Positions 52,200 through 64,000 of a stretch of 64,000 nt of DNA are shown here, in pieces. Numbering within the stretch: position 1 is the first letter of the stretch; each line of letters starts with the position of its first letter. The DNA is from Fimicolochytrium jonesii (Eukaryota). The stretch lies in contig NW_026515670.1 in assembly GCF_025526975.1 (NCBI RefSeq), positions 682,001 to 746,000 on the forward strand. The letters are read 5' to 3'. The notes under the pieces are model-generated. The model worked only from the letters and a program-made list of their open reading frames with translations. It was not told where the DNA came from and did no database searches. Made by a program: the position numbers and the translations under genes.

Positions 52200-55080
52200 A
52201 CTGGAGGAAGCCGCGAGTACGAAAAAGTCAAGTAGCGTAGGAGATGCTTGCCTCCAAATCGAGAGGGAAAGAACTCACCAGACCCGTCGTTCGCCGCTCT
52301 GCTCAGTATCTGAGGAGGACGGGTGTTAGTCCATCGCCCGCGTGAAATATGGACACCTTCGAATGTTTGCGGTGTCACTTCTGCGTCTGGGATGTCCAGA
52401 AAGTGTGCTCTCCGAAGCGGACTTCACGTGGAGAGGCTGTCGCAAGGCGGAGGAAGCAAGGTGGTGGGAGGGCTATATCTACAGCACATGGCTTATCGAT
52501 CAGGGTCTCGGACTCCTGATACGGTGTCGATGTTGTCGACGCCGTGACCCTAGGGCCCACTGCAACTGCAACGGAAGCTGATTTCCCAAATCTGGCGGGC
52601 CATGATCTCCGGTCGCGGACGTTGGTGGGGTGAGCTTTCTCATCGAACTTCTTGATACATTCGCGAATCAACCTTGCCTTTCTTCCCGCAAGTACGGCAG
52701 CTACCTGTTAAGCTGCTCCTTGTTAGAAGACCTGGTCGCATTAGCGCGTTGGGCTGAGCAAGCGGCATAAGGATGAACATTGAGGACAGTATTATCGAAT
52801 TTTTCCTGACTGCACGGACGGCATTCGAAGCAGAGACGGAAAGCGCAAACGGAACTCCCAAGTGATGAAGTCTCTCGTTCAGATGATTTAGGACAGAACC
52901 AAGGAACTGAAAAGGCACACGCGACTTCTCGAGAGATCTGCGTGATCTGATTGTTGACGCCTTCTTGTCACCCATACGCTGCACTTCAGGACAGGTCGTG
53001 GATGCGTTGCGACTTCGAACTAACCCAGATTCGGGTATGGGTCTCGGTCGCGCGGAAGACTCCGCTGGTTTTGGCTGGGGAGTCGTAACGGGGTGAGATG
53101 TAGATGGGAGTGGAGACATGGTGGCAGGAGAGGGCGGCGCTTTTTCGCCCTACTTGTTATGGAGTCATGTCTGAGAAAGTGGACCAGTCGGAGCTCTCGC
53201 GCCTGTCTCTGAAATTGAAAGAGCACGCCATTGGTAACAACGATATCGCAAAAACGAAGGGACGCGTTTATGATGCCAAGGTCTGAAAGGAAAACGGTAT
53301 TTCCTTGGGCTCGGAGCACACGCTGCCTCTGAACTGTGGAGGTCTCACTGGCAGTTCCCGAGTGGCGAAAATGGTCGATTATCAAGTTGCCACTTGAAGA
53401 TGATGTCGGAATGTGTATGAGGATATACGATTCCTTACCGAATCGGGCTACTTTGAGTTAGATTTTCACTCGAGCTGGGACCTTGGCGTCAGCAGATATG
53501 GAGAAGGAGCTGAGGAGCATTTTGGGAGGACCTCCGCCACTAATGGAATTGCTGTCGGAAGCGAGTCAACTCGCGCATCGGCCGGGACCATGCGCCCAAC
53601 TTCGGGAACCCTGGGCAACGTCCACCACTATCCCGGTCATAATTGCCCGTCTCCCTTTGCGTATGCTCCAGGGTCATATATATCGGAGGTGGCCTGAAGC
53701 GGCAGTACATGGACGATCCTCCCAGTTCAGAAGACCGTCGACGCTGCCAGCCAGCAGTTCAGCCGCAATTTTTAGGAATGTTTTGGAAGGTGTACCCTCA
53801 GAGACGAAGAGCTGTATGTATACGGCTGGCATGTCAGAAGGCCGAGAAGTGGCGCGGACGCTATTGTGATCAATGGAAAGGTAGCAGTGCGAAGACCGCT
53901 ATGACCCTTGCAGATTTGCCCTGGATTCTTCGAGAATATGCGTGCTGGCATCTCGCCAACCAGCCGGATTAAAACGAGCAACAAATTGTCGTTCTAATTC
54001 TGCGCAGGAGGTTTACCCATGCCCGCGGTAACGCAAACCGGGATGCTTGTGGTATGGATATGCGGAAACTTCCCGGTCTGAGTCCGGGGAAGAACTTGGG
54101 AATCATCTGTTCGCTCAGGTATTGTAAGGACAAGGGCACCAACGACGACCTTTGCCTAGACGGAAGTGGACCCAGACGACATTATCTAGTGCCGCTGGGA
54201 TTTCCTTCGAGCTGGCTAATGGACTCCCCATCTTGGAGGACTTGGGGCCGACGTCCAGCTCTTTGAAGTGACAGGTGGGCCCGTTCCCAACTCCAAGAAC
54301 GCAAAAAAGACGGTTGGGTATACCTTCTGTGTTTTTGTATGTTGAGCATGGAATTATCCCAATCACAGAATCACCACACACTATGAGTACTTCACGGTCA
54401 GCGGAGCTTACCCTCTGCCGTCTCGTTGCTGGTTCGGTTTCATCTCCCGGCTGTGTCTCGCACCATTCTCAAGTAGTGTAGTGGATGGGTTGACCGAGGC
54501 GGTGGGAGCCATTCCACGCGGAGAATGTCTATACTATGCAACGTTGAAGCTTATCTGTAGATTAGTCTGCAAGCAAGCTGATTTTGTACGCGCATCCTCC
54601 TTCATGAACATGTTTCTTGTGGCAAGCGAGCCCTCGGAGGTCCCAAATTTGCCTTCGATGTTCTTTGCTCGACAAGCAGGAGCCCTGATAAAGACCTACG
54701 GCGTTTACACATCTGGTTTGATTACCGCAGATTGTGTGATATGCTGACACCCATCTAAGGAACTGACTGGCGACATCCTGTTTCCACTTGTCCCCGCCAA
54801 TACAAGTGCAACTTGATGATCCGTGCTTGTACAGCATACCTTTCGAATGCGGGCGCTTTCAAGGAGATCGAGTCCACTTCCCGGAGCTGAAGCTTTACAT
54901 GCAAAACATGAGCAGCTGGAAGGTCGGACAGCAACCTGGATACTATTATGCTCCATTTCCCGTGCAGATTCCGGCCAGGAATGAAACTCTTGTGACGGCG
55001 ACATATCGTGGGTGAGAAATGGGGAATAGAAAGTGAGTGGTGCCGTATAATGGCCATCAACGCCGGGAAGGCCATTTAAC
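52200..55080 (+). pseudogene. Decayed protein-coding remnant, possibly HET-domain type
   Basis: A chain of short, protein-like plus-strand frames broken by stops and frameshifts, with no clean splice signals. Weak HET-like traces: WDV near 52390, AIS/..TW..QGLG near 52470-52512, TWWQERAAL near 53116-53142. Confidence 0.35.
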
Positions 55081-55431
55081 GCCGCCTTGCCTTGCTTGGA
55101 GGAGCTGAAGAGAAATTCGATAGAGGAAAAAAGTTGAGAGGACGGGAGAGGACCACTCTTTTAATAGCCGGAGCGAGAGGGTTGGCGATGGGAGAAACCG
55201 AACAAACGCGGTCGGTCGGAGTTGAAATTCAGCTGCTGCTTACGTTTGCGCGACCCGAACGAATTGTTATGTTGGTCATGTGATCGAATTCCTTACCTGA
55301 AATAAACTCACTTTACGCGTTCTCTTGGTTCACAAGTCATAACAATTGTGAAGAAACCAAACCACAACTGCGAACTGGGCAATTGGAAGGTTCAACACAA
55401 CGTTTCTATAGTACTACGTTCGTCACTTGCA

Positions 55432-57076
55432 ATGGGTCCTTCTACCGCTGCTACTGAGGAAGGGCAGCCACGTCAACTTCCCGTAACTGATGTGGTCCAA
55501 GGAAACGTCGCTGCGCCGGAGAAAACCACTACAGCGAGGGCTGCACAAGCGAGAAAGCGGTTTGTCGGAACTGGCCGCAAAACCGGAGCCTCAACAGCCT
55601 CAAATATCTCAGGCAATATCGAGGATGCTCTTGTACCAGGTTGGAGAGTTTGGTGTCTTTGGCTGCATGTTTCGATGGCATGGTACACTCGTACTGACGT
55701 TCAAAGTTCACTTGGTTTATAGCGGCCTCTCCCAGCGCCAAACTTGGACCGCGAATAGCGAACCAGATACCCGATAGCATCTTAAACGACGAAGCGCTCA
55801 ACAAAGCCATAGCACAGCTTCCGTCGAATTACAACTTTGAAATCCACAAAACGATATGGCAGATATCCAAACAGGGAGCGAAGAACGTCGCTTTGCAGTT
55901 CCCTGAAGGGCTGCTCATGTTCTCACTCGCCATATCGGATATCCTGCAACGCTTCGCCCAGGTGGAGACGGTTGTCATGGGAGACGTGACTTATGGTGCA
56001 TGTTGTGTCGACGATTTCACTGCTCGGGCGCTCGGATGTGACTTCATGGTACACTACGGACACAGTTGTCTGGTTCCTGTTGATGTTACACCTATCAAGA
56101 CAATGTATGTCTTTGTGGATATCGGCATCGATACGACACACTTTGTAGAGACCGTACGACACAATTTCGATGCGGGAACGAAGCTTGTGGTGGTGGCGAC
56201 GGTGCAGTTCTTGTCATCGTTACAGAGCGCGAAGCGAGAGCTAGAGCAGGATTATGGTGTGTTCGTGCCTCAGTCGAAGCCTCTGTCACCGGGAGAAATC
56301 TTGGGTTGCACGGCTCCGCGCCTGGAAGGGCATGACGTCCTAATGTAAGTTGGGTGCGCGTAGGAGAAGGACTTTCCAGATCCATCGCTCATCATTTCTT
56401 CTCAGATATCTGGGCGACGGCCGTTTTCACCTGGAAGCCATTATGATTGCTAATCCGACCTTGCCGGCATATCGCTACGACCCATACTCTAAAGTGTTTA
56501 CTCGCGAGCGGTACGAGCACGAGGAGATGCACGCTTTGCGAAAGCATGCGGTGGAGCAGGCGCAGAACGCCAAGCACTTTGGACTCATCATGGGCACCCT
56601 TGGAAGACAAGGCAGCCCGAAAGTTTTAGAGGTAACCACTTTGCTGTACGGTGGGAGTTGCATTGCGCGTGAGACTCACCATCGTTTATTTGCAGTACCT
56701 GAAAGCAGAGCTCACATCCCGCAATCTGAGCTATACGACAGTCCTCCTAACCGAAATTTTCCCGTCCAAACTCGCCCAATTCGCCTCCATCGACGCCTGG
56801 ATCCAAGTCGCCTGCCCGCGGCTATCAATAGACTGGGGGTACGCATTCGAGAAGCCGCTTCTGACTCCTTACGAGGCGGCTGTTGTGCTGAGCAACACGG
56901 CTTGGCGGGAAGCATACCCGATGGATTTCTATGCGAAGGACTCGTTAGGTCCCTGGACGCCTAACCATGGAGGGCCGGCGAAGGAGAGGAAACCGAGACC
57001 GGCGGGACGGCGTACTGCAGCGGCTGCTGTACAGGCAGTTCCAACAGCCTCGGAGGCTGTTGTCACCTCTTCCTGA
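55432..57076 (+). CDS. DPH1: Diphthamide biosynthesis protein 1, 4 exons
   Basis: [105 protein letters not shown]. Confidence 0.97.
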
Positions 57077-57417
57077 AATATTAGTAGCCTGGTCAGGGTT
57101 AGGTTAGGTGTTGATAGAGGAGGGTATTGTAGACCACAGCACGATTTTGTTTCATTTCCTGTACATAGCACGTTCGAAAAATTTTGCCTCACTCAATCAT
57201 TACCCTCGGCGCTTGAAGGCACGTTTGGTCCAGGGTCCTCTAGGGTTCAGTCCTATAGTCGACGATCGAGCAAGTCCATGCTCCATACATACGCGTGTGC
57301 GTGGGATTCTGGCATTTCACGGTTTCCCTGGACTGAGCAACAGAGCAAGCAGACTAGCCCTTATTCCCGGGAGGAGAACAGCGAAGAAGTGGAAACAATA
57401 CAAGCACCTTGAAGGAG

Positions 57418-59558
57418 ATGAGCCAGCGGCGCGGTGCCGACAGAGCCGCATACAGTCAGCGAAACCACTCAGATGATTCAACTCCGCCACCACCGCAACC
57501 GCCGAACGAACAACAGCAACCAGCCCAGCCATGGACCCGCGGCGGACGAGGCCGAAGCAGACCGTGGACTCGAGGCGGGGCTACAACGAGAGGCAACAGC
57601 TCGTCGTGGGGTAATCAGTCCCGGCCCGCATGGGGTAACGACTCAACCGCGACGGGCTTACCAGCGCCATCGTGGTCAACACCACCACCTGCATCGACGA
57701 GCGACTCTCATGTGGCGAGAGGTCCGGATAGACTCCGGCCAGCGCCGGCATTACGGAACGTACAGCATGAGTTCGATGCCCTGCCATTGATGAGTCGGAT
57801 GAATGAAGTGGGGGGACGGGATGATGTGGAAAGGTGGGTTTCATCTTCCGTTCGCTGGGCACCCCAGGAGTGGTCGTGGGTGGGCGAGTGTGGATTTGGG
57901 ACATCGAGGAGGAGCGAGGAGTGTGTAGAACAGAAGCCTGGTCAATGTCATGTACAAGGAGTGGGCAAAACGAACAGCAGTGTCAGAGTTTGAACTTCGC
58001 GCGAGGTTCACTCAGCCGTCATGGAGGCCTACTGGAAAGGGACAGAGACTGTGGAGGATTGGATGCCGAGCTATGGAGCTCAGGAAACGACAGGGCATGA
58101 CAATCTTGCTGAGATTCCCGCCGTTCTTTTCATGAACAGGGCGAAGACGCGGTCTGTACAAGAATCATTCTACGCTTACGTTCTCGAGCAGGTGCGTTCC
58201 ATTGCTAGGGACTGGCTCGCTGGGTGAGGCAGGTTGGTATGGCCCAGAAGACATAAGAATCTCGTGTGCCAGGGGTCTCTTGGGTCGCATTATGGGATAT
58301 GTGCACTAACCATTGATCCTGATGCAGTATAAGAGGCTTTGTGAAGTCCCACCCTCCGAGCGTAAAGCCAACCACTTTGATTCGCTAGTAGCTAAGCTGC
58401 GTATGTACCTCCTCTCCATCGTGCATGGGACTGCGTTTTCTCGAGCTCACGGATGTAACTGATGTAATAGGCAAGTTACGGGAAGCCCTGACGGCCAGCG
58501 ACGCAACCGACACATTTATGCGTGATGTCTACGAACTATCCGTTGACGTGAGCTTGCGCGCCCGCAATTTTGCAGAAATGCTCAAAGCGCTGGCGGCGCT
58601 GGTTGGCCGGATGTACGATGTGTTGGATGGGCGGGTATGTTTGCCTCTCCGTTACGTATCCCTCTTCACGACGCAGTCCTAAACGTACTTGTGGTACCGC
58701 AGGACGCACAAACATTCAGCCCTCGCCGAGCAGAATTCACATCCTTCATGCTCCTCTATCTCTGCTGCTACGCTTCGGGCATCCGTCCCTTGCACCCTCC
58801 AGCCGCCTCCTCTACCGCTCCCAAATCATCAACCTCACCCGCGCGCGACCTCCTCCAAACGTATCGCAAAACGCCTGCACCCCTCCAATCCCACCCGCGC
58901 GTTCTGTTTGCGATGGGCGTTGCGAGAGCTGTTAGAGCGGATGTGGATTATGTCGCGTTGGCGGGCTATTGGGAACGTGCGAGTTGGGGGGAGTTGGTGT
59001 TTCTGGAGGTTCGTTTTCTCCTTTGCTGTATCTCTGTGGGACTGTGCGGTTGCGCGGTTGAGTTCGGTCGCATTTGACTTCTCGATCTCATCTCTATGGT
59101 GAGGGAACTCCAGCTCATGCAAATACTCTTCTACGCAGCGTCTCCAACCACATCTGGGCGACCGTGTACTGCAAATTATCAGCAAGGCGTACTTCACTTT
59201 CCCAGACCGCGACCTGTCGCGTTATATTGCGCCGATATCCGCATCATCTTCATCTGCATCTCAGACATCCTCCGCGCATGATCCGGATTCCTCACCGACG
59301 ACGATCAACACAGCGTCACATGCACGCTACATGGCGGCCCTCACAAAGCATGTTGCGCCGGACGGCGTTGAGACTCGCGTCGTGGGCGGGGTTGTGCAAC
59401 TGCGGGTTGTGAAGAAAGCGAAACCCAAAACGACATCAGAGCTGACATCGGCTCCTGGAAAATCGGCGGCTGTAACTGCCAGCGGGGCAGATGACGGCCC
59501 TGTGACGAGCCGCAATGGACGTGGGGCAAGGGAGAATAATGGGTGGTGGGATAAATGA
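57418..59558 (+). CDS. PCI-like (SAC3/GANP-THP3 / CSN8-PSD8-eIF3K family) protein with RGG-rich N-terminus, multi-exon
   Basis: Spliced LVAKLRKLREALTASDATDTFMRDVYELSVDVSL, RRAEFTSFMLLYLCC, SHPRVLFAMGVARAV..DYVAL and RVLQIISKAYFTF follow the SAC3/THP3 helical PCI pattern. The N-terminus has PWTRGG twice. Confidence 0.7.
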
Positions 59559-61180
59559 AAGGTGAAAAGAGGATTAGGTGTAGTTTTGGCTGTGGGTGGT
59601 GTGTGGCAGGGCGGCTTCACCATCATAATGGGGTTTGGATTGAAAAGGCGCATCATACCGCCTGCGGGAATGGAGTTTTGAGGGCCTGGTACACAAGTTA
59701 ACAAACGACGTAGCCTTCGCGAACTTCCATACGTGATGGGTGGAGGCGTAGAGCAACGTTACCGGCTCCACATCTGGTACTTATTAAATAAGAGTCGGAA
59801 GCATCCCCGTATCATCCCCGTATCATGAGCTCTTGGAGGCAGGCGATCGAACATCAGCTTTCTGAGTATCTTGACGAATAGAACCATTCTTGACCCGGAC
59901 TGCATGCGCAACTCCCGTGTGTTCTGCTTGCGTACGCTGCTTAATAATGCCACACGCGTAGAGCGATGCTTGCATAGGGAACATCACCTATTCGCCAGCC
60001 GTACATCCATCCTATGCGTAAGGCTGCACGGATATCGATGTATGCGGTCACCAATGGGCAGCGAGCCGTGCAGACTTTACCAACGTTCATCTCGTGGCGT
60101 CTCCCCATTCGGAAGGGTGGCCGCCTATGAGTTAAGCAGATACTGCGAATAGCAGGCTGTAGACTTTCCACAAAGTGGCTTCTTTTGCGCGGTGTCCGCT
60201 TACAGGTATCGAGACAGACCTTGTTTCCACGAGAGCTACGTAGTAGGTGTATATGAACAACCGTGACTAAGGCAAATCTTGAGGCCGATGAGCTCGAATC
60301 ACGCTCGCTGTGAGGCGGACGGCCTTGCTGGGTGACCGTCTATTCTGCCTTGTATGACTATGGCGTGAGTTCTATGGAATTTGCTGCCGGAAAAACTTTC
60401 ATCAATCGCCAAGAATCCCCGATTCGACAAAATTTCAGAAGGGCTTCATCCACTTCTCCAGGTCTACATCCAGCCTCTAGATTGGAAGCTCATAAGTGTT
60501 ATGAGAGCGTTGGCTCCCACACGCTGTCACGAATTGGCCGGCGGAGTTTCCCAAACGACCGTCACTGTTAGTTGGCAACACAAGTTACACAACCCAGGAT
60601 CGACATACGCAGATCTGTTCGAGGCAGGTAAATCGACTAATTACCGTCGCCCGGGACTCAAAACCATCGGTCCGATCGGAGGCCGCGGCGGTCTCCATTG
60701 TCCAAGTCGTTGACTGCGCAAGTCACAACGCACTCAAGTTTTCACAACCTGCTCAAGAGTCAAGCCTCATGGTGCCCACTGCCCGGCAGCGTGCGCCGCG
60801 GACAAGGTATTTTCTCTGCAAGTCTGCTAAGTTTGTGAGTTTCTGGTTCTCGGGACCACCGGAAATTGATGGTAATCTAATTTCAAACTTTCTGAGCTTT
60901 TTTGTGGTAGAATTTTCCAAATTTCTTCCTACGCGATCGGCGGTCTCCACCTTTCCACGGAAGTAGCTCGTTGTACTTCGCACAGGCACATCGTCGGGCT
61001 TTCTGATTTCAATTGTTTTCTCCCACAGTAGTAGGCAACAGATGGATCCCGACGATAGATTTTTCTCTTGTGGCTCTTTCGGAAAGAGGGAAAGAGAACT
61101 TTTGGTGTATGGATTCGGTGGGAGGCGGAGAAATAGAAGGCCGGTGGAAGATGGACGGACCGCTAGGCTGAGGGGATGAA

Positions 61181-61187
61181 TATAAAA
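61181..61187 (+). promoter_or_regulatory. TATA box of the peroxidase gene
   Basis: TATAAAA 78 nt upstream of ATG 61259. Confidence 0.6.
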
Positions 61188-61258
61188 GTACAGGTGTCTT
61201 CACGGTCTCCTGCGCTTTCATCCACCGCCTCCGCTCGAAAACTCGCAAAACTCGCAAA

Positions 61259-62376
61259 ATGAAAATCTCACTCATCGCCCTCACCGCCCTTGCGGCATCC
61301 GCCTCTGCCACCGTCATCCCCCGCGGCAACGGAAACGGCAATGGAAACGGTAACGGAAACGGTAACGGAAATGGCAACGGCAACTCCGGATCTGGCTCAT
61401 CCGGCAAATGCGACGTCGCGCAATGGACCCAAGTCAAGGACGCTATCTTTGCCAAGTTCGGCTCTCGGCCATGCTCCGCTCTCGGCCGTGCCGCCGTGAG
61501 ACTGTATTTTCACGACGCGGGCACCTTCCAAGTAAGCGATAACTCTGGCGGTCCCAACGGATCCATCATGAAGTTCGCCTCGGAAGAAGCCATGCCGGAG
61601 AACGACCACCTGAAGGATGTCCTCGCAGCCCTGCGCGATGTGTACGACCAGTTTGGAGGAAAAGTGTCCCGGGCGGACATTATCAACCTTGCTGGGCTTT
61701 TGGGAACGCAGAGCTGCCCTGGAGGCGCTCAGATCCCCTTCTGGGTTGGACGAGTTGACTCGAACACTCCTGATGATGCTAACCGGTTACCTGGTGACAC
61801 CGGTATGTTTGCTCTTTCGTCACGAATGCCTCTAGGCGTAATGTGCGCTTGACAGAATGCTAATGTCAACGTCTCTACCTCTGATGAATCCCATTCGCAG
61901 AGAGCATGGACGGCATCATTGCCAAGTTCAAGCGTCAAGGCCTGTCCACAAAAGATCTTGCGGCACTCATCGGCTCGCACACCTCTGGCAAGCGCTTCTC
62001 AACACCACCGGCCAACCCCGTCGACGACACCACCGGCAAATCCTTCGACTCTTCCCCCGAGGTCTGGGACGTTGGCTACTATAACGAGACATTAAGCACA
62101 CCCGTTGCGCCTGCCGGTCAGGTCCGTCTCCAGTCCGACGTCGGCATCTCCCGTGACCCTCGTACCAAGCAAGAGTTTGCCAAGTACGTTGGCCGTCAGG
62201 ATGACTGGAACAGGGATTTCACGGAGGCGATGGTGAAGATGGGAAAGAACGGATGGACCAACCTTGTTGAGTGCAAGGGTATTGTGCCGGCGCCCATCCC
62301 GTTGCCTGCTGGAACAGGCGACGCATCTTGCCAGGGCAACAACGGAAACGGGAAGGGTAACTGCAAGGGTAACTAG
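61259..62376 (+). CDS. Secreted heme peroxidase (peroxidase-catalase superfamily; class II/APx-R-like mosaic), 2 exons (intron 61803-61900)
   Basis: Signal peptide MKISLIALTALAASASA, distal RLYFHDAG, VSRADIINLAG, GRVDS, proximal LIGSHTSG, FDSSPEVWDVGYY, RLQSD, FTEAMVKMG, and several Cys. Confidence 0.92.
61325..61384 (+). repeat. Coding (GGN AAY)10 repeat encoding (Gly-Asn)10
   Basis: ggcaac ggaaac ggcaat ggaaac ggtaac ggaaac ggtaac ggaaat ggcaac ggcaac; synonymous third positions vary. Confidence 0.95.
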
Positions 62377-64000
62377 ATGTTCGTAGAAGGACAGCCCGTA
62401 GACAAATCTCCATAGACAACCTTCATACCATAGACAACTCTCCTACATTTGTTGCGGCGTATACTTGAGCCTGTAATTATGTAAATCATAAGCGATTCGG
62501 TGATGTACAGATGATTTGGGTCAGATACAAGATTCCACCACACGGACCCATCTCGGTGAAGTGTTCCGATCGTCGCTATGCATGGTGCACGCAACCGTTT
62601 CTCGAGGAGCCATTCCAACCGGGGGCCAGGGTGGGAGGGCCGGTGTCAACGATATCTTGACGATAAGAACGGGACTGCCCGCGAACTTGGGAACTGGCGC
62701 GCTCCTAGCCTAGAGGGCTAACGTGCCGACCTGCGGCTCCCGCCACGTCCTTTCCAAACATACTTTCTGATCATCATAGCGCGCGCTCGATGCCTAGTAA
62801 CCAATCTCTCCCGCTTTTTTCTTCTTCTTGCTTTCCGTCGCAGCACCTCCGAGAAGCACCTAGTGTACCGCTGGTGTATGCGCCTTGCTCAGACCGCGTA
62901 AGCCCTTCCCAAAACTAGATCTATGGACAATTGGATATCATGCAGCGAGTCGACGCGTGGGAATACGTAACGTGAGAATAACGCGTATTCGGCCTATGAT
63001 GTGTCAGCACCCGCCGACCCTGTCAAAACGCAGCGCATTTGGCTAGCGCCTGCATCTGAATTGATCTAAGTTCTCCCGGTGGTAGTCTCGATGCTCTGCT
63101 GCGCTAGTTTGGGGCGCCCCGTCAGGAAGCCCCTAAACTCCTGCAGATCCTCCTCGCTCGTTTCCAGATCCACATGCGTGCTCGCCTTCAAGTTCAGTCT
63201 CAGGTGTTGCCCAGCGAAGCAAGCAAGCTGTCGATGAAGTGCGTTTTCCCCGCAGAACTCCCTGCCTCAAGTGACGCGTTTCCAACCTTACGTGTGCCTG
63301 CGGAGAAAGAATCCTACGTTGAAAAGACCGCGGCGGGGTAAGAGGTCTTGACGAAGACACTTTGAAAAGCACAGGGAACCGATGGAAGGCGAATGTGACC
63401 ATTAGGTAAGCTATCCTTGACTTTATGACTCTGAGCATCGAACGGTAGGGAGATACGCAGCCGAGGTACCAATGTAGCAAATTCTTTGAACCGGTGTCCG
63501 CTGTACCCGAATGGTGCTTGCAAGCCACATGTAACACTCAACTCCTCGGAAAAGTTGTGGTAGAGGGCTGAAACCACGATCCCGGGCAGGGAAACAATCT
63601 ATGAAGCGATCACAGATGGACGAAATCCCGGAGGTAAGCGCCCGTAATCATTCCAACGGAGTTAGGGCCAGGTTGATGGTCAAGAAAAAGCAACAGAAAC
63701 ACGTGGAAATATCGCAGAGAACAGTAACGGGAGCGTAATCACAATCGGTTTACGGGAACATGATTAATGGGGATCACAGTTGGACGACATGTCAGGGCGA
63801 AGGCAGGGATTGAGGACGGCGATGCAGGGGTGCAATTGATGGCAAATGTGTGTCGAAGTTCCCAGGGGAGTAACGACGGTGAACGGGCGATATTGGCCGA
63901 GCGTGCTTTTCCGTATGCAAGTATCATGTCTGCCAGAGGAGTACAAGGGGGAGATGCCAAAGAACGAAGTCTAACCCCGTTTCAGAGGAAACCGCATCGT

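Noticed and set aside
59802..59826. Short tandem repeat catccccgtat x2 (also aaaactcgc x2 before ATG 61259 and atagacaa-like x3 near 62399-62437)
   Set aside because: Two to three short copies, consistent with local slippage; not a CRISPR-like or functional array.
60332..60713. Overlapping protein-like short ORFs upstream of the peroxidase
   Set aside because: Non-ATG starts, no recognisable homology or splice model.

Overview
Gene-dense, intron-rich eukaryotic DNA (short GT-AG introns with CTRAC-like branch sites), most consistent with a zoosporic (flagellated) fungus such as a chytrid. It combines fungal-type genes (OAC1, Ecl1, secreted heme peroxidase) with ciliary genes (NIMA-related kinase, CEP164, dynein-2 heavy chain). 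About 17 protein-coding genes can be reconstructed by splicing by eye: NEK (partial), CEP164, OAC1, PP1, DYNC2H1, cytosolic HSP70, AMMECR1, a triple zinc-knuckle protein, ANP32-like, TMEM179-like, Ecl1-like, a coiled-coil plus 3x cNMP-binding protein, CLASRP, a GLTSCR1/BICRA-domain protein, DPH1, a PCI/SAC3-like protein and a secreted peroxidase. No rRNA, tRNA, CRISPR array or transposase was recognised. The most interesting items are: a secreted heme peroxidase mixing APx-R/class I and class II hallmarks, with a (Gly-Asn)10 tract; a soluble protein with three cNMP-binding domains, all carrying the cGMP-type Arg-Thr motif; an 814-bp inverted-repeat element between OAC1 and PP1; a TMEM179-like tetraspan protein; and a ~3-kb decayed, possibly HET-type pseudogene. 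All family calls come from motif recognition, not database searches, and exon boundaries are manual predictions.
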